From contig WELA01000984.1 of NCBI GenBank assembly GCA_009602735.1, forward strand, positions 87,589-151,588: a stretch of DNA of 64,000 bases, read 5' to 3'. Shown here piece after piece: positions 11,801 through 22,722 of this stretch (positions are counted from its first letter, which is position 1; every line of letters starts with the position of its first letter). The stretch is from Mesotaenium endlicherianum (Eukaryota). The notes beneath the pieces were generated by a model that saw only the letters and a program-made list of their open reading frames with translations, ran no database searches and was not told where the DNA came from. A program made the translations under genes and the position numbers.

Positions 11801-13971
11801 CCGCCGGTCGCCTGTCTGCCACGTGGCGGATGTGCAGGAGGCCTCAGGGGCTGGGCAAGGTGCGGACGTACCTGTCGCTGCTGGCCATGTGCAGCGCGCT
11901 CTCGCAGGACTGCCTGCCCTACCACATCATCCCTGACTCTACTGAGGTCAGCGGCCTGCTCAACCCCCCCCCCCCCCCTTTTCTCTCTCCCTCTGTCTAT
12001 GTTTGTGTCCGTGTGTGTTCCCGGCTGCTTTCTGGTGCGCTGCTTGGCTTGCTGTCTTGCAGGTTAATTGCAGGCAATGATAGTGTATCCACACGCTCGT
12101 GCACGGGCACGGGCACGTGGATGGGCATTCTCTCTGGGCGTCTTTGACAGTGTGCTTGCCAGATGGCGTGTCTGGATGCTTGCTCAGCTGTTATTCTCGT
12201 AGTAGGGACGCCCGAGTCACCAACACTCTGCCATCTCTTGAAGGTTTTTCTGAGTGGTGCCTCCAATTTAGCGGCGTTGGCTGCTGGAAGCGACAGCTTG
12301 ATTCCTCCTCGAAGGAATGAGATGCCACTGGAGACTTACTAGGGCCAGACAGTACCGCTGAAACCCTAGCCCTTCAATTCTAAAGCCTTGACAGGTTGCC
12401 TCCTCATTATCCCTCCTCATTATCCCAAAAATATCCTCGACTGACGTCAGCGGGCGCATAGCATCCACCTTCCATTCTGTCGGGCAATTCTTGTTTACGT
12501 GCGCTTCCGCAGAAAACACTTCGCGTCTAGCAACTCCACTTCATAGTCTGAGGACCACTAGCGTTTTAACCTACCACATTGCCGGGCGTCTTCCCTCAGT
12601 AACGCTTATCAGGACAGGAAAAGTACCTTGCAACTCCCCTCTATTCCCTCCTCGCACCCCCCCATCGCATCCCTGCCCCCCCTCCCCCGGCCCCCCCTGG
12701 GCTACCTTTTCCTCCCTCTTTTTCTCCTCGTCCCCGCCCACCTTTGCGCAGCCCGCAAGTCGTAGCACGCCAAGCCCACCGGGTTTGTGTCCAGGAGGGC
12801 GAGCAGTGTTGCCCGTCTGCGTGCACGCCCTGTGCCTCAGGCGCTTCCCCCGTGCCTGGAGGAAGCGGAGCCGCCTGTCTGCGCGTGCGCGCACGCCCCC
12901 TGCGCCTCTGCGGCTCACCTACCCGAGAGTCCATTGTCCAAAGCAAGCAGTGGCGCCCCGTCTGCGTGCGTGTGCCCTCTGCTTCTGAGGCTTGTAGCCC
13001 CCCCNNNNNNNNNNNNNNNNNNNNNNNNNNNNNNNNNNNNNNNNNNNNNNNNNNNCCCCCCCGGCGCAGCCCAGCCCCGCCCCGCTCCGCACCGCCAAGC
13101 AATCGCTCGCTGCCGCCTCCTGTGGTGCTGCTGTGCTGTGCTGCGCTTCGCTGCGCCAGGTGGTGAGCAACGACGTGCTGTACTTCCGGGAGCCCTCGTA
13201 CGCGGCGGAGCTGGCGGGCATCACGAGCGCTCTCATCGAGCACATCATGAGCGGCCTTGATAAAGCCCCCGAGTCTGTGAGGAGCCCTCATCCCTAACCC
13301 TGTCTCAAGCCCCTACCCTAACCCCGATTCCAAGCGCCCTCTTCCCTCCCACCTCCCATCCTCCTCTCCTCCCCTCCCCTCCCCTCCCCTCCCCTCGCCT
13401 CCCTCTGCCCTCCCCAAGCCCTTCCCCAAGCCCCTCCCCCTCGCCCTCCTTTTCCAGCTGATGCAAGCGCTCCTATGTGGGATCCAAGGCTCTGCTCGCG
13501 GAGCTAGTTTGGTGGTGGCGGTTCTTGTTGCTGCTGCTGCTGCTGCTGCTGCCAAGCCATCCCACATTCAAGGGGAGACCTTGCTAGAGCCATGGGGTTG
13601 CTCCGCCTGAGCTCGCACATGCACGCCTTGCTCTCGATTTCCACCCTCTGGTCTGCGGGAAACGGCGCCGTGCACGGACAGTCGGTTTGTGACACTCTCG
13701 CCATTCCTAGCTGGTCGGTCTTCTCCCGTCACGCCGTGCACGCAATTGCTGCCAAGCTGTTGCTGCCACGACGGCTTGAAGCCGGCGCGCATGCCAGCTC
13801 ACAATCTGAGACCGTGGACGGGCTGGGGGCGGCTGGCGGTAGACTGCGCTTGACTGCGCGCATCCGACGGCTGAAGCTTCCCCTTCTCGCCTTGGGGGTG
13901 TCGCTTGGGTGCAGGCGCAGAGAGGCATGCTGGCCCTGGGCACTTGCGATGCTCTGCTCTACTCGTTCGAC
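1170..13971 (+). CDS. VPS35L: VPS35 endosomal protein-sorting factor-like (C16orf62/UPF0505) multi-exon gene, partial: 16 internal exons, start and last exon not seen
   Basis: GT-AG exons join in frame: 1170-1351, 2581-2750, 3329-3526, 4035-4124, 4671-4751, (5820)-5960, 6771-6853, 7709-7865, 8595-8678, 9124-9300, 9613-9700, 10446-10535, 10935-11001, 11838-11946, 13160-13276, 13915-13971. Peptides recall VPS35L blocks: [77 protein letters not shown]. Confidence 0.9.
2581..2750 (+). CDS. VPS35L: VPS35L exon
   Basis: cag|GC...CAG|gtgtgc; [10 protein letters not shown]...[17 protein letters not shown]; phase matches previous exon. Confidence 0.85.
2759..2816. repeat. (GCT)n trinucleotide microsatellite, intronic
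   Basis: Direct reading; similar tracts at ~3295-3326, ~11556-11587 and ~13527-13551. Confidence 0.9.
3329..3526 (+). CDS. VPS35L: VPS35L exon
   Basis: cag|GAG...CAG|gtcagt; ...[11 protein letters not shown]...SVDESKAQ. Confidence 0.8.
4035..4124 (+). CDS. VPS35L: VPS35L exon
   Basis: cag|GCG...AAG|gtgggt; [30 protein letters not shown]. Confidence 0.85.
4671..4751 (+). CDS. VPS35L: VPS35L exon
   Basis: cag|GTG...TCC|gtgagt; [27 protein letters not shown]. Confidence 0.85.
5820..5960 (+). CDS. VPS35L: VPS35L exon (5' end lost at N 5819)
   Basis: [12 protein letters not shown]...[21 protein letters not shown]|gtaact; acceptor hidden by an assembly join. Confidence 0.75.
6771..6853 (+). CDS. 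VPS35L: VPS35L exon
   Basis: cag|GCG...AG|gtcagc; [28 protein letters not shown]. Confidence 0.85.
7547..7597. repeat. (GGGTA)n pentanucleotide repeat
   Basis: gggtagggtagggt... about nine units, one GGGCA variant. Confidence 0.9.
7709..7865 (+). CDS. VPS35L: VPS35L exon (alternative in-frame acceptor at 7715)
   Basis: [22 protein letters not shown]...[15 protein letters not shown]|gt. Confidence 0.85.
8595..8678 (+). CDS. VPS35L: VPS35L exon
   Basis: [28 protein letters not shown]|gtacc. Confidence 0.9.
9124..9300 (+). CDS. VPS35L: VPS35L exon
   Basis: [12 protein letters not shown]...[23 protein letters not shown]...LYLYTESAE|gtgtgc. Confidence 0.9.
9613..9700 (+). CDS. VPS35L: VPS35L exon
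   Basis: [24 protein letters not shown]...|gtaggg. Confidence 0.85.
9865..10086. repeat. Imperfect (CA)n/(CACG)n microsatellite, intronic
   Basis: Direct reading; (TG)n/(CA)n tracts recur in most introns. Confidence 0.9.
10446..10535 (+). CDS. VPS35L: VPS35L exon
   Basis: [29 protein letters not shown]|gtgcat; phase consistent. Confidence 0.8.
10935..11001 (+). CDS. VPS35L: VPS35L exon
   Basis: [27 protein letters not shown] bounded. Confidence 0.85.
11838..11946 (+). CDS. VPS35L: VPS35L exon
   Basis: [24 protein letters not shown]...E|gtcagc. Confidence 0.85.
13160..13276 (+). CDS. VPS35L: VPS35L exon
   Basis: [29 protein letters not shown]...S|gtgagg. Confidence 0.85.
13915..13971 (+). 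CDS. VPS35L: VPS35L exon (last seen; ends in a donor site, no stop)
   Basis: cag|[19 protein letters not shown]|gtgagt; resembles the plant VPS35L RGxxALxxC block. Confidence 0.75.
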
Positions 13972-15275
13972 GTGAGTGTCTTCTCGCATCACCTCCTCCT
14001 CGGTTGTCGTGCTACTGTCGCCTGTGCTCGCCACCTGTGCTTGCCACCTGTGCTCGTCACGCGTCGTTCTGTGCCTGTTTCTCTTTGAGTGCCTCGGACG
14101 TGTGTTAGGAAGGGCTAGGTCATGGTGCCCCTAATGAGTCATTGCATGCAGCGTGGCCTGCGTCCGCCGAGGGCTCGCCTCACGTTGCGCAGGAGCTGAT
14201 ACGAATGGCACCTGTCAATGCATTTCTTTCTGACGAAAGCATGTTGGATGGATGGAGGGCCGAGCCCTCGAGCCTTTGTGGGAGCTCCTGGAGGCCTGCT
14301 GCGGCCCTAGGGTTCTGCTTCTAAATACTTGGCAAAGGGCTGAAACTCGCTCTGTGCCTGTTGCTGTTGCTAGCAGGCCAATGCCGAAGTCGAGGCCGTG
14401 TGCAATGCCCTCTGTAGAGCCGCACTGAAGGGCATTCCCTCCCAAAGCTCATACCTTCTTTGGATTATGCGTCAGTTCAAACTGCAAGGCGTCACTAGCT
14501 AGTGTTAGAGTTAAGCGTATATCGGTGTATCGTGCATGTTTGTGTTTCTCTCATATGCTGTTCATCATGGTAGTTACAGCCTTGTCACCATTGCAAGGGG
14601 CCTTCTTTCATCTATAAACACTTACATGGAAAGGTACATATATTTGTGATGAGCGTTCTCACACACGAGCACCATCGCACTCAATGTTAGAGCTTATGCA
14701 CACGGCAGGGGTCTATCTAAAGTAGTTACTGGGAACAGCGAGCTGCTTTTGAAAAAAAAATGATCGTGTATTGTCACACCAATAACAATAAAGAAGTGTG
14801 TGTCAACATCAAGACGAGTGCGTCATTGGTGCAATCCTCCCCCGTGCTTGGATGCGGCCGCGTGCTAGCACTCCATGTGAAAGGACATAAGGTAGCACGT
14901 GCAATTTTAAGCCTTGCAAGGGGGGCTTTCTATTTTCACCAACAAAATGGCCAATCAAGGTGCTCTCCAGTGCATTCAAAGAATGGCACAATATTTGATC
15001 AGGTGAAGAGTACCTTCTACCTTCCAACTTCAAGAGCAAAGCCTGCACCCTAAGTATCCCCTAATATCCATAAGGTTGCCACCTAGGGCACTCCGGAGCT
15101 GACCAAGCTGCTTGACCTTGCGCTTACTACTTTTAGGGCGTTCGCTGTTGTCCCCCATTAGAGCTTGTCGCACAAGTCGCAATGCCATTGTTAAGGCGTG
15201 GCTTCTTTCGTGCGATCCTTGCATAGTGCGATCCGCCAATGTAAGGTCATAGGGTTATAGAATGTTTGTTTTTGA

Positions 15276-16500
15276 TCATTTTGTCTTGCCCCTTTCATCA
15301 GAGCCTCCATGGCCGACCTCTCCACTGCCACTAAGGTAATAGCCACCATCACAAAGTAAGAGTACTCGGGGCACGGGGGGAGACAAACACGCCAAATGCC
15401 AACCAGCATTACAGCAATCACAGAGAAGCATAGAAGCGGGGCGGTGGATAGATCCACACGCCTGACAAGGATGGTTAGCAGGCACAGTGGTTTGCAAAGG
15501 GTCAACCTCGTTACGAATATTAGGCAAGTTACATGGGGCGCAGCTCTTCGTGTTTCTGCAAATAGTGCGTCCATCAGACCCTTCGAGTGTGAGGACCCCG
15601 TTAGGACTAACTGTGCGCAAACGCAATATGACTGGCCTGGCCCGTACATCTAGGGTGTCATGCGATTCATGTTGCAAGTGAACGTAATCTCCTGCTTCGA
15701 ACTTCACTGAACGAGGTTTGTATACCCCACTACTTAAGCAAGCGTAACGCAATGTATCACAATGGTGGGCTGTAGGCAGGTTACCCATGGCAATATGCAT
15801 ATGTTTGAGGAGTCGTGTTGCACGTTCATTCAAGTGTGTGAGGAGAACCTTTGGATCATCAAGGTGCAGAGGCACAGTAACACGACAACGGATGTCTGCA
15901 GGAAGAAGTGGTTTGCGACTATACAAGAGGAAATAAGGAGAATATGTATGCAAGGAAACCCGGTTGCTAAAATTGTAACCCATAGCTAGCCAAGGAATTT
16001 GAAAATGTCACGTCATGAGTCAAAGCATATTTGCGCATACCGCGCTTAACGGTTTGAGCCCGTCTGCCTCAGGATGGTCGCGAGAAGTAGTGCGGTGATC
16101 TATGAAAAATTTATCTAGCAACTCACTTAACTCTCCCTGAAACTTGGGACCACGATCAGTGAGTATCTCCGCACATGCCCCGTAACGACACAAGACCCGC
16201 TCGGTGAATACACGGGCGACATACGCACTGGACTTTTTTGGAATGCTCAATAACACGGTCCATTTGGTGAGGTGTTCAATCATGATTAGGACATATTGCG
16301 TATTGCGTTAAGAGAGTGGACTGTGGTAGGGGACCGGTTAAATCTAGAGACCATTGGTAAAACAGACCATGCAAAGGGAAGGGGTTGAGGACAAATGAAG
16401 AACATTAATTGTGTTCTTAACGCAATCGCATGATTTGCATGACCGCACAAAGTCCGCAACCTGAAAAACTAGCCCGTTTCACCATAACTCAGTTTGCAAC
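15276..16500 (-). pseudogene. Element A integrase core/C-terminus fused to a PHD finger
   Basis: IEHLTKWTVL...EILTDRGPKFQG...DHRTTSRDHPEADG; then CQAC...MLLCDCCNAGWHLACLSPP at ~15330-15467. Confidence 0.85.
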
Positions 16501-16859
16501 AAGCTATTGGTGCGTTTAATGCCAAAATGACCAGATTCCTCATGAATCTTGCAAATGAGGGGAACATGCTCCGCTAGTGGCGAAACGACCCAGGTATGGT
16601 AAGAAAATACTTGCAACAACGTCCCATTGTGCCGTTGATAGCGTACGCAGCGATGCAAAACCCGATCACGTTTGCATTGCGATATAGGTGTGGACCAAGT
16701 TTGTGTACGCAAGAAGTTAAGTGCAGAGAGGTCAGACCAGGTATCGTGGATCACGCGGGTGGAAGGTGGTTTGAGATTGACAGCGTAGGCAGATGCGAGA
16801 ACAGGAGTCAATCCCAAATAGTAAGAAGTGTGCCATACGAGTAAAATGTGTTCTGTTGC

Positions 16860-18300
16860 CTAGATGCAAAGCGGGCTCCTGTGAGGTCCACACTTGATGG
16901 ATCTCGATTTTGACTTAAGCCACCTGCATATTGATTACTCAATCCAGCTTTATGTTCAACAGTGAAGTTATACTCCTCAAGCATGAGGGCCCAACAAGCA
17001 TGCTCGCCTATTTTTTGGTTGGTCATCAACCATTGCAATGGTTGATGATAAGTGATGAGGGTGAATCGTGCCCCATAGAGGTAGGGACAGAAGTGGACGA
17101 CGGTCCAACTGCAACTAGACATTTGCCCTTGTAAGAGCTGTAGTTACGTTTGGCGGGATTTTTGCTACGACTGGCATTTGCAATGACGTATTCATTTCCC
17201 TCATCATCCGCCTGAGCATAAACAACACCTAATTAAACCAAGATGGCTCCAATCACTGTGCAGGGAGAAGGGTTTGTTGTACTTAGGTCTACGAAGTATG
17301 AGAGCTGAAGACAAGAGTTCTTTAAGTTTTTTCGAAGGGGTGCTGACGTTCACAAGTCAATTCCCACGTGACATCCTTCTTTAAGAGTTCGTTGAGAGGA
17401 GCGGCTATAGCACTAAAGACGGGACAAAAGCGACGGTAATAGCCTGTGATACCCATGAATACTCGCAACCTAGAGACATTAGTTGGAATCGGCGAGCATC
17501 TTATAGCTTTTACCTTGACCTGTTGTGGAATGAGCTTGCCAGGTACAATGTGGTGACCAAAGTTTGGTACAAAGGTTGAGGGTAGCAATATTGCACTTAC
17601 CTAGGTGACATTTTTGACCCAACGCGTCTTTCAAGCATTGCAAGACTTGTTCAACATGTAGTAGGTGTTCCTCCACTAAGCGACTAAAAATGAGGACATC
17701 TTTGATGTGACAGCGTGCAAAGGAAAACCCGCTAAGCACCCTGTCCATGATACGCTGGAAATGAGCGGGTGCATTCTTTAGCCCAAAAGACATGACCTTC
17801 CATTGGTACAACCAACAAGCACCCCAGAAAGCAATTTTGTGTTTGTCCTTCTGGTCGATAAGAATCTGATTGAACCCTTGACAAAGATTGAACACACTGA
17901 ACACACTGAAGTCCTCTAGTACGTCAAAGATGTCCTCAGGCACCGGCATAAGGTAAGTGTCTAGCTTTGTAACTATGTTGAGTTCTGATAGTCCCCGCAC
18001 ACACGTTTCTTAATATAATTTCCCATGGAAATTTTCTTAGCGGGCATGACGGTGGGAGCAACAAAGTCAGACATGGAATTCTCACTTAACCCGGCTCTTA
18101 ACACTTCAGCGTACTTCTCTCCCATAATATCAAGTTCCGCCTTGCTAGGCTGATAATCTCTTTCAAACACGGGTTTGTTTGTGGTGATTGAAATTGATGG
18201 TGAGTTGTGATATTGTACATACCCCTAGATCCATGACAAACCTCAGACTTTTCTAGCATGCGTTTAAATTTTCAAGACTTCGTCTTTAGTCAATTGTGTG
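16860..18300 (-). pseudogene. Element A reverse transcriptase and RNase H, frameshifted
   Basis: RVCGDY; FGLKNAPAHFQRIMD; degenerate YxDD (CHIKD); GITGYYRRF; FTLITYHQPLQWL. Confidence 0.85.
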
Positions 18301-18499
18301 TTCAGATCCCACTCGTCTTGTTTTTAGGCGTGGTTGATACGGGGAGGGGATCTGCTGGCTGTAATTGCTATGCAAGAGTGTTCTGCAAAGCCAGAAATAC
18401 GGGGCCCCCCCAACCAAAAGAGTGGACATGGTAGGATAGAATATGGATATAGGGATTGGGGAGGCGGGTGTTAAGGATTGGCAAGATAAGAAAAAACCA

Positions 18500-19449
18500 A
18501 GCTAGTGCATGAACATCCATGACGTGACCGAGTAGCTGACAACGAACTGTGTCTGGCATCAAAATTAATACCGAGAATGCGTTCGTTCGGGCGCGGATGG
18601 TTTATCATAGGTATCTGTGAGAGTCAAAGTTCAAACTGCATATCCGGATCCCAAACTCGGAAATGCATGAGAGCCGGGACAGCTTACAAGGGTGGAGAAT
18701 GCAGCACGCGGGTGGCCAAAAATGTTGACTATGTAGAAAGAAGAGTAATCAAATTGATGGACTTCCATAGGACTGCAATGAGGCTAAGATGGAAGAGACA
18801 GTATTTCGTAGCGGGTGCTCATGCATGTGGTGAACAAGCGGCGCCAGAGTATTATGCGGCATGAAATTTTGCTAGAAGACGCAAGACCTGTGGGCATAGG
18901 ACCCCAAGGCTGCTACATTGAGGGTAACCCTTGAACCAAGGATATTTGTAGTGGTGAGGAATTCTGCGTGAACGTGTGCACGCGCGTCATTGGCTGAGTT
19001 AACGTTTTCCAACAAGTAGGCCGGAGACTGCAGTTGCAAAGTTTGAAGAAGGGTGAGCACACGGATGTGCTCAAAGAAGAGCTGGGAGCGATGGTTAATC
19101 AACCACTTATCGGTCCTAGCCCGGGAGTGACCATGACATTCCGACCCGCTAATGAATAAATGGACAACGATTAAATGGACAGGTCCTATAGCTTGTAAGT
19201 GCTCAAGATGGAGCAAACGAATATCTTGGGGGAGAGCCAAGTGAGCAGTATGGAAAGCAGAGGGGGGGAGCAACTCAGGGAAAGCTTGAGAGAGACCTTG
19301 GAAGTGTGTACTGCTAGCAAGTTGTGCTGAAGGATCTGTGTCACAGTAATAGTATTTGGCAATACGTTGACCACTAAGTAATAATCCAACCAAAGTTGAA
19401 AAAAAACCCCTGTAAATAAGTCTAACACAGTGATATTGCTATGAGGCAA
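18500..19449 (-). pseudogene. Element A C5 cytosine DNA methyltransferase domain, decayed
   Basis: Motif I-like TVLDLFTG (frameshifted); YYYCDTD; LPQDI; motif IV-like SGSECHGHS; motif VI YLLENV; motif VIII-like SYAHR. Confidence 0.8.
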
Positions 19450-21501
19450 GGAGAGATAGGTTTGTAGCGGAAGGAGTAGACGCTGGTAAGATGGAGGGTG
19501 ACGGAAGGCAGAGAGGTATAGAGCTCAGTAAATTTGCTGCGTAGTGGCAAGCAGCAAGGTATACGGGAGGGTTGGGGAGGTGAGGGGCGTCTCGGCGCTA
19601 GATGGGGTTGCTTCATAGTCATGCAGAACCATGTAAGCGGGGTCAGGAAGGTCGCGAGGGCTAACGTCATTGAGAGTAAGTGCGAAGGCCGAGGATACCA
19701 CGCAAACTAGGGACAATGGTGAATGAGTGAGGATCAGAGGAAGGTACCCAAGGTGATGACCTAGAGACTTGAAATCAACGCGGTACGTGGCTATACCTCG
19801 ACACGAGTCAATGGCGAGACCGACTAGGAGCTTAAATTCTTGACCCGGGAGAACGTCATAGAGTGTAGACTTGGTGACCATACATTGAGCATACAGGGTG
19901 ATGGCTGCTGGAGTATCAGCGTTGAGAATAATAGGTATGCGACGCCGGGTCTAATAGGGCGTGTGATTAAGGGAGGACATAGATATAGACAGAGGGTTGG
20001 GACAAGGTTCATGATCCACGGCAATGATGTTGAGGTGTTGACACATGGCAACCCCAAGAAGTACTGGCAGTGCGCCGATGTCAAAAGTAACCACGCGGGG
20101 AAAGCAAGATCGTTGCTCAAGAAGCAGACGTGTTGGTTATTGAGCATAACATTGCGGGGCAAAGCACGCTGTTGCTCTAACGGAGGAAAGAAAGGAGTGG
20201 GGGCGTACTTGGTGGGATCAGTTACCTGGAATGACAGACGTAAAAAGGTTGGAGTGGAAGAAGACGACCCACCTGAAACAGGAGGGACGGCTGGGGACGC
20301 GGGCGAGAGTGCAGGAACAGAGCTGGTGGTGACCGCCCAGGTGGGCGCGCAAAGCGACGTGGCGACGCAGGTCGTGACATGTGGGTCTTGAGCGGTTGTC
20401 CTGCTGAGCCTGGAGTTGATCGGCTAAGGAAGGGCTGGCGGCGGCAGCGGGCAGTGCAACGCCGGAGAAGCTCTCGTGTGATGGCTTCCTGCGCTTGCGC
20501 CAACGAAGCCAACAGAGTAGTCACTAGCAATAATGGCAGCATGGGTGAATCTCGGAGCTGGGAGGTCGGCGGAGGAATAAAAGGAACGGGAGGGGCAGTG
20601 AACGGGGCCGATATGGGAATGATCTTAAAAGGTCTCTGGGGTGCAACTAAAGGCAGCAAGAATGAAAAATTGGAAACGTCAGCCTGTTCAACGGCGAGAG
20701 AAACCGCGACGGACTTTGTGTGGGACTCAACTGGGCGTGCATAACCGACCTGGCCAATGCATGAAGTGCATACGTATGGCATGTCCGGCACAGTCAGAGG
20801 TGGATGGCTGAGGGAACATGCACTGAGCTGGTCAAAAACCACATATGTGGTATTGTCGTCTTGCGCGATGATTGGTGCTCTGGCTTGCAGGTGCCGTGAC
20901 AAGTGGGAGGGGGACTGTTGACGCTTGTTCAAAGAGGGCCACTAGGGTGGCTGGTAGGTCAACGTGATCGCCAAGAGGGGGCGTCAAAGGACCAAGAGCG
21001 CTTCCATGGCGCGGCAGGTCTGCTACCACCCGAGCGTAGGATGGGGGTAAAAGCCAAGTTCAACCGAAGCAACCGCGGCTCTCAAATAGTTGCAAATTTG
21101 CTGGGCCTGCACTTGCGCGGCAGGAACGTCCTTTGAGGTGATGACCAGGGTACTTGTAATGACCAGTGTATCTGCAAAATTCTCTTGGACCGCCTCTCAG
21201 ACCTGACTGGTACCGACCGACATACGCGAGAGGGTCCCGGATTGGCGTCGGGCTCGAACACCTCAAAGGACTAAGGGAGTTGTGTTAATTGGTCAGTATT
21301 ACGCCCATCATTCCGCCCAACAAGTGGGACAAATCGGGACTCGTGGGCCGCAATGCGCCAACTATGGTGAGAGGGTCCCAGAATGGCATCGGGCTCAGAA
21401 CACCTCAAAGGTCCGAGGGAGTTGTGCTCACTGGTCATTACTACGCCTGTGATCCGGCTCAACAAGTGGGACAGACCGGGACTTGGGAGTTGCAACGTGC
21501 C

Positions 21502-22222
21502 TGTAATGAATCAGTATACTGGTTGATATAATATTCATTTAAATAATATAGTTAAATAAGTTCAGCCTGCTGAACTCTAGTTAACAATCAGTCTGCTGGA
21601 CTTTATACTTAATATCAGTTTAATGACTTGGCCGGAAGTAGCAGGCTGAGGTCACCTTAAGTCAGCTTGCTGACACATTCTTCGACAGCCAGCTGACTTC
21701 CGTACTCGGTAGCAGCGAACTGCCTCGATATGCATCTAAGTGTGGTATGCTAGATGAATGGCCAGATGACATCCCTATGATGGATGGCGATTCGGGATGA
21801 TGGGAGACGGCGGTGGATTTGGTTAACCGAGGTCCTACCAACGTGGTTAACTCCCGGGTAGGCAGTGCCATCGCACTTGCCGTTGAACAGTAAAATCATT
21901 CCATGTACATATGCTAGGCATTGCTCTCGAGTTCGGCATTCGGAAACGAGGCCAACTCTCCTGTACAGCTTACTGAGAGGGATCTGAATCCAAGGCGAGA
22001 AGCCATTGATACGCACTGTCTTCTAACCTTGCTTATGTACGAGTTTACTAATTTGCATTATACATGCTAGTTTACTCGCATTTGACTTACGAGTATTATT
22101 CACTGCTAGTGTATTGTCTTTTGCCGTTTAACCAGTTAACGGAAATTACCATAAAGATTACTTGCTGATATAAAGATCTTTATTAATTGTTAATCGCCTA
22201 TTTGGTAAGTCGATTCATTTCA
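21502..22222 (+). repeat. Chromovirus 1 5' LTR
   Basis: TGTAATGAATC...GATTCATTTCA, ~97% identical to 32600-33320 by eye. Confidence 0.97.
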
Positions 22223-22223
22223 G

Positions 22224-22236
22224 TGGTATCGGAGCC
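22224..22236 (+). promoter_or_regulatory. Primer-binding site, initiator tRNA-Met type
   Basis: TGGTATCGGAGCC 1 nt after the LTR; one mismatch to the canonical TGGTATCAGAGCC. Confidence 0.85.
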
Positions 22237-22256
22237 GTTATCACAGTCTTCTTTGT

Positions 22257-22722
22257 ATGGTAAGGACAAGGTCTCAAACTAGCAACTCCCGAGACATGGA
22301 GAATCAAGATAACGAGAATGTCGAAAACCAGGCGGAAAGCCATGTAGCGGGAAACCGTACCTATTCGGAAGCAGTAGCAGATACTGCAGCTAGGGAGGCT
22401 GCAGATGAGGCAACTGCTATTGCCGCAGTCGCAGCTCAGCAAGCTGAGGAGGAGAGAGCCAGGCTAGAAGCTGAACAAGTAGCAAAGGCTGCTGAAGATA
22501 TAGAAAGGAGGGAAAGACAGCCAGCTGCCGAGCGCACTGTCGAGGAACTCATGGCATCAAGGGCCAATGTTCTGAACCCACCTCCTCCTGTACAACTCAA
22601 TGTACCCCTAGGTCAAATACGTGACCGGCTGAATGCGGCAGCAATTGCTGCTGCAGGAGCGAGAGGGACTGTTGAGGACACTACTCAGCGAGTAGATGCC
22701 AATGCTGCTGCTGCATTTGCTA
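22257..22722 (+). CDS. Chromovirus 1 gag N-terminus, runs into an N gap
   Basis: ATG just after the PBS, MVRTRSQ start, Ala/Glu-rich coiled region; remainder in gap 22723-23457. Confidence 0.7.

Noticed and set aside
84..14445. Many overlapping ORFs with poly-A/Q/S/C and HTHT/VCVC runs
   Set aside because: They arise from GC-rich microsatellite introns; only the GT-AG exons give a coherent protein.
14450..15200. 3' LTR of element A
   Set aside because: A purine tract plus TG exists near 14835 on minus, but no matching 5' LTR could be found by eye at 35.3-37 kb.
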